From contig MU008236.1 in assembly GCA_010909165.1 (NCBI GenBank), positions 1-64,000 of the forward strand: 64,000 nt of DNA, given 5' to 3'. Under the pieces are notes generated by a model. The model saw only the letters and a list, made by a program, of their open reading frames with translations, was not told the DNA's origin and did no database searches. Made by a program: the position numbers and the translations under genes. Every line of letters begins with the position of its first letter. Position 1 is the stretch's first letter. Positions 11,251 through 22,829 of this stretch are shown here, piece by piece. Source of the DNA: Anthoceros angustus. Its lineage: Eukaryota; Plantae; Anthocerotophyta.

Positions 11251-14120
11251 GGGCTTGGCGGCATGCAATGGTTGCCGGAAATGCCGCTGGAGGCAACCGT
11301 GGAGGGGATGACGGACCCAAAGTTGGTTGTACTTGACAAGAACATGGAAGTGGCGCCGCTTTCTTGGACCGTCACCCGAGATTGAAGGCGCATGGCGGAA
11401 TGTTAAAGCATCACGCGATATGTCTGTCCGGGGTAGAGAATGAAGAGCCGAAAAACGGGCTTCAAGCGGGCATGGGGATACCGCGCAAACGGGCGGTGGG
11501 AAAGGCGAGATGGAACGCGCGGTGGTGGCGCTTGGTGCCGATGGCCATGGAAGAGCTCGAGTAGCGAGTTCACACCACGGCCAGCAAGCGTGGCGTGTGC
11601 ACACCCCGGACATTGGGGCCCAAAACCCGTCGCCATGCGATGGCAAAGGCGCCGCTTGCTCGGGTCCGATGGTGATGTTGGGCGTGAGTCATGGTACAAC
11701 GGTCTCGATGAAGATGCCTCGGATGAGGCGCCCGAAATGTGAGGGGGAGAGGTGGAGTCGGACATTGACGAGGAAGGCGCCGCAGTGAGGCGGTCAGTGG
11801 GTCTATGCCGGGCGTTATGGGCGATGTATGACCGACTGCGAGAAGAGTCTCGCGCCTCGCAATCACAACAATAAGGATTTGGCGACGAGACATGGTGGTT
11901 ACCCTCGCCGCTAACCACGATGGATTGGTGGAACATGATGAGGGCCGGTAGGGATCGCCCAACGGTGAGACAACCAACGGCGGTTGTGTGTACCACAATC
12001 GTAAAAGCCAACAATGTGGGCAAATTTCGTGCGACATGTGAAGTCGCAAATGCGGAGAACCCTTTGAGAAGCCTGCAGAGCCTACCCATCGCGGTGTGGA
12101 TGGATTTGGTGTCTCGACATTGGAGATTGTGTGTTGCCAGTGCGGTGTCTTACTTGGTGGTGCGAGTTTCAAAGAACTTCCTCGTGATGAAGATGTTGAG
12201 GAAGATGTTGAGGACACCCTTCCTCCGAATGCCGGATGTGGAGGTGAAGGGCAAGAGGGGTCCAAAGCGGAAGAGGGTTCATCATATCTCCCAGTGTTGC
12301 CCAACATCCGCATCCTTTTGGTACGCAACTTGCGCTCATGAAATCTTGTTAGGGTTACATGGGGTACATATTTATCCACGAAATTCGGTGTGGATCCGAG
12401 TTTCGTTCAGCTGGATCGCCATGATAACCCGGCATGGTTCAGCTGTCTAACGTTCGGTAGTACTAACTCGTTGCAAGCGCTTGTTTTCCGTGGTTCATCT
12501 ACCATGAGAGTCCCTCGTGCTTACCCATGAAGGAGAGTCCATTTTATGTCCGTACATATGCAATCCACTCATACATCCCTTTTGGAAACAGATCAAGCCA
12601 TCCACTTCATGTTGAGACATGTATCGTGCAAACTATGGGCCATGGGAGTTTCAGCCTATTGTCCTGCAGTTTTGAGCATTAATTTGAAGTATTGGAGGAA
12701 CAATGTTAGAAAGGAGGCCGTATCATTTGCGGGGAAAAAGTCGACCCCATTATGTCCCAAAGGTGTGAAGCGGGAGTATTGGGATGTGTTTTGAAGGAGG
12801 AGCAAGACAAGATAAGTGGAGTTGTGGCTCCTAGCCAGAAAAAGCGCGCCATGAGCGAGGATGAAGGAGGTAGGAAGCGGTTCATATTCATGCTTTGGGT
12901 ACGGAGGTCAAGGGTTTTTAGACAGTTTAAAGCGAAGTACTCAAGGGACCCAAGCCCTGAATGAGATAAGGGCTGTAGGAAGTAATCATGGGTCTTGGCT
13001 TTCAAAGGCCGAGAGTGTATTGGAAGGAGTCCAAAATGGAGCGCTTTGGGTCCGTTGAGTGTAAATGGGGAGAAGGAGAAGGCTAATGTGGTGTGGGACA
13101 TGTTGAAGGAGGCGGGATATCGGCGATGAATGCGATGGGAAAGTCATGGAGGCCATCATGAAGCACAATGTTGAGAGGGCGGGTGGATGGTGAGGGAATA
13201 TCTTCCCGCAAATTGGCAAAGGATGCCGAGGGCTAAGGATGCATAAGCCGCCTGTGAGAGTCCTTCTTGTCTTTAGACACCCTGTTTGTCCATGCTTTTA
13301 CATTTCTTTGCTAATGGCTGCTTTTTTGCAGTTGGACAATTTTGGGGCTCGCCATAGAGATGTTGTGTCAGGAGAAGACACAAGTGCACCTTGTGCAGCA
13401 GGATGAGCCGAGACTCGAATGATGGCGTGGTCTAGATAGTAGATTCAGCCATATTTTGTGAACAAACTCCTAAACACTCTAAGCCCCTTTTCTTTTACAA
13501 ATGCTTTTAGGGATCATTCACTTACTACGATACTTTTACTACGGATATTTTCATTTCAGCGCTTTATTATAAGGGTTTTACTACATTACTTTTACTACAA
13601 GAGTTTTACTATATTACTTTTACTACAAAAGTTTTACTACATTGCTTTTACTACAAGAGTTTTACTACATTGTTTTACTACAAGAATTTTACTATATTAC
13701 TTTTACTACAAGAGTTTTACTACATTACTTTTACTAAAGAGTTTTACTACGATCGTTTAAATTAGACCACGTTAATTAACCATGGTTTATTCACACCGGT
13801 TAATAAACCATGGTTTGTTCTTGATGATTTAAACGACACGAGTTAATAACTAATCATGGTTAAAATGGGTTTACCCCGTAGTAAGCGATGAAAGTAATTT
13901 ATGTCGTAATTACACAAGTGGGTAACTACAGGTGCGTGAAGAGAATACATCATATAAATACCGTATTAAATTATAGTATTTATCCCTATATACGGTATGA
14001 GGACATTACCACGGAAATTAACGCTTTGTCTTTACTACGGGTGTTTTACTACTGGAGTAGTAATTGCATAGTAAAGTCTGTTGTAAAGTCCGTTGTAAAG
14101 GTTATGTTTTCCTTGTAGTG
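9361..14120. mobile_element. CACTA (En/Spm) DNA transposon, probably non-autonomous; left end duplicated at 7165
   Basis: The right end reads CACTACAAGGAAAACATAACCTTTACAAC on the minus strand from 14120. The left end CACTATGAAACCATGCCCTTTACTAAC is at 9361. AGC flanks both ends (9358-9360, 14121-14123), giving a 3-bp TSD. TTTTACTAC/TTTACAAC subterminal repeats are dense near both ends. No Tnp2 motif recognised. Confidence 0.72.
13519..13752. repeat. Cluster of TTTTACTAC subterminal repeats of the CACTA element
   Basis: Many TTTTACTA(C/T) motifs in a roughly periodic array (e.g. TTTTACTACAAGAGTTTTACTATATTAC). Confidence 0.85.
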
Positions 14121-15238
14121 AGCAAGGTGTGAAGTTTGAAGTCTATATGCCTGATCTGTTCCTGCACGTCTTTCAAATCTATGCCAAGGGTTGCGATGGT
14201 TCTGTTGGTGTGAACATGACGCCTATCAACATATTGAGAATGAGTCTCGATTCTTTGGGCCAACTGATACTGAAGCCTGTTGTGCAGATTGTGCGGTCAG
14301 AAAACTGTTAGGGTTACCAATAGCAGTTTCTGGAGGACGCTGTAGAAGCCGCCTAGGATTAGTTGTGAAAGTCAGATGCTGGAAATCTGGGTAGAGAAGT
14401 TCCACGATGGTGTTGAAAGCCCGCTCAAGCTCAAATGTTTGGGCAGGCCTGTCCTGATTTCTGACAGTCCATTCGTAGGTTCTTTGATGTAATCTCTCCG
14501 CAATATTCCTATCTGCAGCTCTCGTCCTGGGGCGGTTCTGCCTTTGTTCAATCTGCTCAGCGCGAGGTTGCCATTGCTGGCCCTCGTCGCGTCGTGCCAT
14601 CTAGGATGGCTGAAACTCTGATTGTAGGAATGCACTCAGAATGCATCCTGTAATTTTCTTTTGAATTTATATGTATTGCCTTGTAATGCCTATTGCCTGA
14701 TCTGACAGGTGTCCTAGCGAACCTATATCAGAATTGCTCAAATAGCAATCTGATATAGATGCACTAGGGTGCTCTCCAGATCTGCAAGTGCATTTGCAAA
14801 ACCAGCAATTTAAAAACAACAAGAAAAACAATCAAAGTTTCATTTCTTGATTTGTGTTTTGTTTATCCTTTAAAGAACATTCTTAAAAAGATAAGAACCA
14901 AAAACACACGTTTGTGCATATCCAAATATGCACAATTTGATGTGCATTCTCTAGAATGCAATCCACGCTATGTACGTCTGATACCATGACAAATAACATA
15001 AATAACGCAGACCAATTAAACATTAATTACATTGTGTATATCAAGAACAAGTAAGTGCTTATACAAAGTAAGACAAACTTAAACTAAAACTGAAAGGGTA
15101 TGTCTATTCATCTAAGGGACGTAACCCTAGCCAAGAGGTAGGCTAACTTAGGTTCCTTTTAATCTGACTTCTTAACGTGCTGATAACACTCAAGTAACCC
15201 TTAAGTTCATCACAATCATTACCTACACGCGTTCACAA
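14121..15238 (-). mobile_element. Copia 5' LTR (~14987-15238), tRNA-Met PBS (14977-14986) and leader with a 124-aa ORF
   Basis: The minus strand reads ...TCA|TGGTATCAGA. The leader appears to continue across the CACTA insertion into 7164-6700 and then the gag at 6700. Confidence 0.72.
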
Positions 15239-15245
15239 CCTCAGC

Positions 15246-18200
15246 CGCCTCAACAAGCAAGGCGCCCTCTAACTCTCCCTCTACAGTAGCTGCACCACTA
15301 GCACTGCTCCAAAAATTCACCAACTCCCGACCTACAAAGACACCACAGAATTGTAGGCCATGCCTCAGCGGAAAGGAGTCCACCACGGGTGCCTAGGGAC
15401 CCCCTGACCCACGCCGCAATTTTGTCCCCACCTCTAAGACTAACTCCTCCAACAATTTGAGCACCTTCTTGTTCTGATTTGGGATTCATCCCTTAGGCTC
15501 ACTTGTGGCTTCCTTCCACTATTACCTACACTCTAATTATCTACTCATCTCCCTCCTCCACGCTCAACTCAACTCTCCATTCTCCTCCTACTCTAACTTC
15601 ACTTCAAGCTCACAGGCCCCGGCTCGCCCTTACGACACAACTGCCTAGGGTCCGCCTATAAGCCAACAAGTTCTTCCTTGGGCCGGTTGCTGAGGTTGAC
15701 ACTGTGCCGAGAACCTCCGAGTCTTTCCCACATGAGTCTACCCTCAAGCCGAGTTCCTTGGGCATCGCCACACCCAAAGCAAAGCAATTTCACAGCAACC
15801 ATTCACGAGGGGAGCAACTCGTCGAGGCGCCCGTAGGGAGCGAGCCCTCTACCAAGCACTCCAATCACCGCGAACTTCCTCTCTACTAGACACTGCGTTA
15901 GCTTGCAGCCGGCACAAAATTCCTTCTCAGGGAGCAAAGGACTCGCGTGTATGGAAGTGCAAGACGTGATAATTTACTTCATGAAATCCTCCCCCTCTTA
16001 TAGGGGGATCCTCACATGCGACCTCCCTCTGGTGTTCCCGCTGTAGGCCACCTTTTCCAATAGTCTATTATTCCCTACCACCAGTATTTAAGTCCTGGCA
16101 TCCAAGTCTATTGTCTTATCCTAAGTAAAATTCTATTCTAGTAGGTTCACCAATGTCAATCTTTAAATGAGTTCAGCCTACACCACCTAACGTTCCCATT
16201 TCCCAAAGCACATTTATGGCCATTGACCAATTTGATCCTTATCCTGCTGGGATGGTGACGGGTTCTCTTCTGGTTGGCCTCCTCCTGCCCTCTTGGCTGC
16301 TGGCTCTTCCATAGCCTCAGGCTCCTCTCTAACTTGTGGGGTAAGGGTCTTTCTTGCCCCTTCTTCATTCACCGCGGGGGGTGGCCCTCCGCTCCCTCTT
16401 TCCTCCGTTGGTCGTGCCTCGCCTCCATCACGGGCCGGCCCGTCATCGCTGGTCTTCATCGCTGGCCGCGCCTCTGCAGTACCCGTCCTACCGAGGTAGG
16501 CTGGCAACCTACCGGGGTAGGCTGACACCCTACCGTGGTAGGTTGGTCACTTTCCTCCAGTGCTGCTCCCTTCTTTCCCTCATTTTTGGGGAGGGCTTTT
16601 GGGTCAAGTTCCCCTTTGCTCTCCTGCCTGTTGTTGGATTTGTCCATACATACCATAGAGCATCCTTAGTGATCCTTCCCTCCCATCAACCCACCGGGCG
16701 ACGTCTTCTTCACCTATTGATCCCTCCTCATCCTTTAATGTTGATCTCCTCCGGCGTTGTCACTCCTTCCGCCGGTTTGCCATCCACTACAGGGGGTACG
16801 TTGTTGAGTTCCCCCGACTCTTCGTTGCTCTTGTCAGGCCCTCCATGGCCTGTCCCTTCCCTTGGACCTACGCCCGTAGGCCCTTGTTCTACCACGGTAG
16901 GCGGTAGATTGCCTTCCTACCATAGTAGGGTGATCACCTACCGTGGTAGGCTGATCACCTGCAAGCGTAGGTTGACTTTCTGCTTCTTGTGCCCTCACCT
17001 TCCCGTGGCGCTGTAGAATCCTCCCTCTCCATTCCTTCCTCCAACTCCTCATGGGCCCAAGTCGCTCCCGCCTCATGAAGTCGGGCCTCCCGGCCTCACT
17101 CTCATGAGGGCCTCTCTATCATCATCATAGGCCCTAGTGCCCTTCTTTGTGAGGCGTAGCACCTTATTATTGGCCTTGAGAATTTGATTGTGGAGATGAA
17201 CTCCCAAGCTCTGGTACTTCATCTCAAGGTCGTCAAGGTCTTCAGGCCACGCCCCTTCTTCACACCTACATTTGTAGACGTCCCTTGCCAAAGTCAATTC
17301 CCCCACTCTTACATGGAGGGCGATGTTTTCTTCCCTGGCCTCCTTCAATTGGTTGGTCAATTTTTCTATGGCATAATCTGCCCGAAATTTTCTCTTCTTG
17401 ACCACCAACATCCTATGCACCACTGCTTGGTGGTGCTTCTCTTGCTAAGCCTTCTCTTGCTCTCCTTCCTCGACTCGTCTCGTGAGTTCCAACTGCCGGG
17501 CATTCCTCTCGCATTCCATCTCCTTTTCGAGAGATCTTGTTTGACTAGCTCGGTGCCTCTCACCTCCAGACTTAACCGAGTTTTTGCAGCTCCTCTTCCA
17601 CATCCGGATCTTGATGGCTTGGGTAGCCGCCTCCTGCGCCTCAACAAGCAAGGCGCCTCTAACTCTCCCTCTGATTTTGCACCACTAGCATGCTCCAAAA
17701 TTCACCAACTCCCGACCTACAAAGACACCACAGAATTGTAGGCCATGCCTCAGCGGAAAGGAGTCCACCACGGGTGCCTAGGGACCCCCTGACCCACGCC
17801 GCAATTTTGTCCCCACCTCTAAGACTAACTCCTCCAACAATTTGAGCACCTTCTTGTTACAGATTTGGGATTCATCCCTTAGGCTCTGCTTGTGGCCTTC
17901 CACTATTACCTACACTCTAATTATCTACTCATCTCCCTCCTCCACGCTCAACTCAACTCTCCATTCTCCTCCTACTCTAACTTCACTTCAAGCTCACAGG
18001 CCCCGGCTCGCCCTTACGACACAACTGCCTAGGGTCCGCCTATAAGCCAACAAGTTCTTCCTTGGGCGGCAGGGTTGACACATGTGAGAACCTCCGTGGA
18101 GTCTTTCCCCATAGTCTACCCTGGGCCGAGTTCCTTGGGCATCGCCACACACCCAAAGCAAAGCAATTTCCAAAGAACCATTCACGAGGGGAGCAACTCG

Positions 18201-19987
18201 TCGAGGCGCCCGTAGGGAGCGAGCCCTCTACCAAGCACTCCAATCACCGCGAACTTCCTCTCTACTAGACACGTTGCTAGCTTGGTAGGCAAAATTCCTT
18301 CTCAGGGAGCAAAGGACTCGCGTGTATGGAAGTGCAAGACGTGATAATTTACTTCATGAAATCCTCCCCCTCTTATAGGGGGATCCTCACATGCGACCTC
18401 CCTCTGGTGTTCCCGCTGTAGGCCACCTTTTCCAATAGTCTATTATTCCCTACCACCAGGATTTAAGTCCTGGCATCCAAGTCTATTGTCTTATCCTAAG
18501 TAAAATTCTATTCTAGTAGGTTCACCAATGTCAATCTTTAAATGAGTTCAGCCTACACCACCTAACGTTCCCATTTCCCAAAGCACATTTATGGCCATTG
18601 ACCAATTTGATCCTTATCCTGGGGATGGTGTTCTCTTCTTCCTCCTTGGCCTCCTCCCGCCTCTTGGTCAGCTTCTTCCATAGCCTCGGGGCTCCTCTCT
18701 AACTTGTGGGTAAGGGTCTTTCTTGCCTTCTTCATTCACCGGGGTGGCCCTCCGCTCCCTCTCCTCTTGGTGGTGCCTCGCCCATCACGGGCCGGCCCAT
18801 CGTGGTCTTCAGCCGCCGCGCCTCAGCATCTGGCCCCACCGAGGTAGGGTGGCAACCCACGGGGTGGTCTCACCGTGGTAGGTTGGTCACTTTCCTCCAA
18901 GGTCAGCTCCCTTCTTTCCCTCATTTTTGGGGAAGGCTTTTGGGTCAAGTTCCCCTTTGCTCTCCTGCCTGTTGTTGGATTTGTCCATACATACCATAGA
19001 GCATCCTTAGTGATCCTTCCCTCCCATCAACCCACCGGGCGACGTCTTCTTCACCTATTGATCCCTCCTCATCCTTTAATGTTGATCTCCTCCGGCGTTG
19101 TCACTCCTTCCGCCGGTTTGCCATCCACTACAGGGGGTTCGTTGTTGAGTTCCCCCGACTCTTCGTTGCTCTTGTCAGGCCCTCCATGGCCTGTCCTTCC
19201 CTTGGACCCACGCTGAGGCCCTTGTTCCCACGGTGGGCGGTAGATTGCCTTCACATAGTAGGGTGATCACCTACCGTGGTAGGTGATCACCCGAAGCGTA
19301 GGTTGACTTTCTGCTTCTTGTGCCCTCACCTTCCCGTGGCGCTGTAGAATCCTCCCTCTCCATTCCTTCCTCCAACTCCTCGCAGTCCAAGTCGCTCCCC
19401 GCCTCATCGAAGTCCGAGGCCTCCGGCCTCACTCTCATGAGGGCCTCTCTATCATCATCATGAGGCCCTAGTGCCCTTCTTTTTGTGAGGCGTAGCACCT
19501 TATTATTGGCCTTGAGAATTTGATTGTGGAGATGAACTCCCAAGCTCTGGTACTTCATCTCAAGGTCGTCAAGGTCTTCAGGCCACGCCCCTTCTTCACA
19601 CCTACATTTGTAGACGTCCCTTGCCAAAGTCAATTCCCCCACTCTTACATGGAGGGCGATGTTTTCTTCCCTGGCCTCCTTCAATTGGTTGGTCAATTTT
19701 TCTATGGCATAATCTGCCCGAAATTTTCTCTTCTTGACCACCAACATCCTATGCACCACTGCTTGGTGGTGCTTCTCTTGCTAAGCCTTCTCTTGCTCTC
19801 CTTCCTCGACTCGTCTCGTGAGTTCCAACTGCCAGGCATTCCTCTCGCATTCCATCTCCTGCACTCAGAGATCTTGTTTGACTAGCTCGGTGCCTCTCAC
19901 CTCCAGACTTAACTGAGTTTTTTGCAGCTCCTCTTCCACATCCCGGATCTTGATGGCTTGGGTAGCCAAAACCCGCTCCTGCGCCTC
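15246..19987. repeat. Tandem duplication 3 (15246-17636 / 17637-~19987)
   Basis: CGCCTCAACAAGCAAGGCG at 15246 and 17637; microhomology CGCCTC. Confidence 0.9.
15247..16016 (-). mobile_element. Truncated 3' LTR of the ORF2-bearing retroelement (duplicate 17638-18391)
   Basis: The minus strand begins TGTGAGGATCC at 16016, a few nt after the purine run AGAGGGAGG. Homologous to the TG...CA-bounded 56470-57300. Confidence 0.6.
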
Positions 19988-22740
19988 CATGCATTGAGCC
20001 GCTCATCTTTCCCTCCCTAGAGCATCGGATTTTACTCGTCGCTCTTGCTCTAGTTGGGCGTAATGATCCTTTGCCTTCTACCACCATGTATCTTGTTGAT
20101 TGGTGGATCGGAGGGCTCTCTCTTCCAATTGGGACAACTTCCCCTCCAACGTCTTCTCTGTCCGCTTGTGATCCAAGATGTCTTGTTGGAGCTTCTCTAC
20201 GACCTTCTCCAACTTCGTGACCTTCTCGTCAGACTCCACGGCTTCAAGTTGCCATCTGGTCCCTGCTTGTCTCTCTCCGCCTCGGGCCTTGTTCACCTTG
20301 ACCTCCTCTTGACATGCCATGAGAGAGGCTACTAGCTCCCTTGCCTTCTTCAAATCTCCTTGGCCTCCGCCGGCATGGGTAGATCCCCGCACCGCCGCCT
20401 CTCCATCTCCTCGCTGCACACCGGCTTGCCGCTGGCGCCTCCTTGGCGCCTCCGCCCTCCTTCTCCTTCCTACCGTGGGCTGCACGCCACCGACGTGGCA
20501 GCTTGCCAACCGCGATAGGTTGCTTCCCCACCGCCGTAGGTTGCTTGCCTATCACGGTAGGGTGACGCCTCTTGGCCGTGGCCGCCCTACCTACCATGGT
20601 AGGGTGACGGGGTGCACATCCTTCGAGCACCCAAGAAATGGTGGGAACTCCACCCACCCTTGGGATGACCCTCCACAGAGGGGTAGGCTGCACTCCTACC
20701 ATGGTGGTCCCCTCATATACTACCACTTGGCCTTGATTGTACTGCGCATCTCCTGCCTCCCTTGAGGCTCATTTGAGGATATCCTCCACCTCCGGCAATC
20801 CCATATGTATTGCTATCACCTCCTCCTCTCGGTTTCTTGCGATGCTTGAGGATGCTTGTCCTCCCAAGGTCTTCCTTAAAGCCAAAGGCAAGGGCCTTTC
20901 TAAGCTTGGCTTGAGGTGAATAACCTCAAAGGGATGCCAAGAATCTTGAGCTCCTTGCTAGTCAAGAGCCCCTCCGCTTTCCCACCCTAGAGCATCGGAT
21001 TTTACTCGTCGCTCTTGCTCTAGTTGGGCGTAATGATCCTTTGCCTTCTACCACCATGTATCTTGTTGATTGGTGGATCGGAGGGCTCTCTCTTCCAATT
21101 GGGACAACTTCCCCTCCAACGTCTTCTCTGTCCGCTTGTGATCCAAGATGTCTTGTTGGAGCTTCTCTACGACCTTCTCCAACTTCGTGACCTTCTCGTC
21201 AGACTCCACGGCTTCAAGTTGCCATCTGGTCCCTGCTTGTCTCTCCTCTGCCTCTCGGGCCTTGTTCACCTTGACCTCCTCTTGACATGCCATGAGAGAG
21301 GCTACTAGCTCCCTTGCCTTCTTCAAATCTCCTTGGCTGGCCTCCACGGCCTTGTGGATGGGTAGATCCCGCCGCTCCATCTCCTCTTTGCCGCTGCGGC
21401 GGCTGCTGGCGCTCTCTTGGCGCCTCGCCCTCCTTCTCCCTTCCCTACCGTAGGCTGCACCGCCTACCGGCGTGGGCTTGCCAACCGCGATAGGTTGCTT
21501 CCCCACCGCCGTAGGTTGCTTGCCTATCACGGTAGGCTGACTGCCTACGGTCGTGGGCTGCCTACCTACCATGGTAGGGTGACGGGGTGCCTGTCCTTCA
21601 GGCACCCAAGAAATGGTGGGAACTCCACCCACCCTTGGGGATGACCCTCCTACAGTAGTAGGCTGCACTCCTACCATGGTAGGTCCCCCCTCATATACTA
21701 CCACTTGGCCTTGATTGTACTGCATCTCCTGCTCTCCCCCTTGAGGCTCATTTGAGGGGATATCCTCCACCTCCGGCAATCCCATATGTATTGCTATCAC
21801 CTCCTCCTCTCTCGGTTTCGGTGCTGCGATGCTTGAGGATGCTTGTCCTCCCAAGGTCTTCCTTAAAGCCAAAGGCAAGGGCCTTTCTAAGCTTGGCTTG
21901 AGGTGAATAACCTCAAAGGGATGCCAAGAATCTTTGAGCTCCTTGCTAGTCAAGAGCCCCTCCGTTTCCCACAAATGCATCAATTAAGTGCTAAGGTAGC
22001 AAGGCCTCGCACTTCCCTCATTCACAGTGTTGGGCTTGAGGAGCTTCTCCCTATGGTGGATGTAAGCCTCATACATAATTGTTCCCCAATCCGGCTTGGC
22101 TCCTCTCACAATCTTCCACAGGAACTGCAAGAAATTGATGTTAAAATAGGAGCTGCGCTGATAGTTCACCAACCCCAAGACAATCTTGGAGAAGAGCCTC
22201 CACTGGAGCTCCTTGATGTTCTCCGTCTTCCAGCCACTCTTGGTCTTGGCCTTCATCCCCCCATTGACGAGGTCCAATACCTCCTGGGGTATGTCCGTGG
22301 TAGGGGCTCTTTTCCCCCCATTTGACCTCTCAAGAAGAGCAATTCCGGAGCTCTCCTCCTCCGGTCTTCCATACACTTGGCGGATGCTCCTAACCTCCAG
22401 CAGTGGTTCGATCACAGCATTCCTCTCGACAGTGCCAGTGCATCAATTGGTGAAGATTGACATAGCATTCTTCAATTAGCTCCAAATTCGTGTAGGCCCA
22501 TTGGCGACCATACACCCATCCCAACTGTATGTTATCCTCCTCTGCCCACTGCCTGAAATCTACCAAATCCTTGGGGTTCAGCTGCCCCGCGAAGCAAGTG
22601 AATTGCGGCATTTCCAGGCTGCATTCGCCTTATGGTAATCCTCCTGCTATCGGCCTCTTGCCTCTTCCCATGTCGCCGCCTGAGAGTGAGCCCCTGATGG
22701 GCGCCTCCTTCCCCTGTCCCTTCGCTCCTCAAGTCATGGT
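16200..22740 (-). pseudogene. Large accessory ORF ('ORF2') of an LTR retroelement: globular domain, 7-aa QPTxVG repeats and coiled coil; roughly 1000+ aa after collapsing duplications
   Basis: Frame-shifted blocks MPQFTCFAGQ..EECYVNLHQ, LWKIVRGAKPDWGTIMYE, QPT(T/A)VG repeats, a coiled coil and [25 protein letters not shown]; clearly homologous to + strand 35730-36739. Confidence 0.7.
20008..21972. repeat. Tandem duplication 4 (~20008-20977 / 20978-~21972)
   Basis: CCCTAGAGCATCGGATTT at ~20015 and ~20985; microhomology TTTCCC(T/A)C. Confidence 0.9.
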
Positions 22741-22829
22741 TCCTCCTTACTTCCCAAGCGTCTTCAAGGTTGGAAGGAAATTACTTCCCAATTCCAGGCT
22801 GCTTGGGCAGTCTTGGAGCTTCACTCCCA

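Noticed and set aside
12546-13260. Possible LINE 3' fragment (FMLWVRRSRVF resembles the WxIWxxRN motif)
   Set aside because: A single weak motif with no RT or endonuclease signature; cannot be supported without a search.
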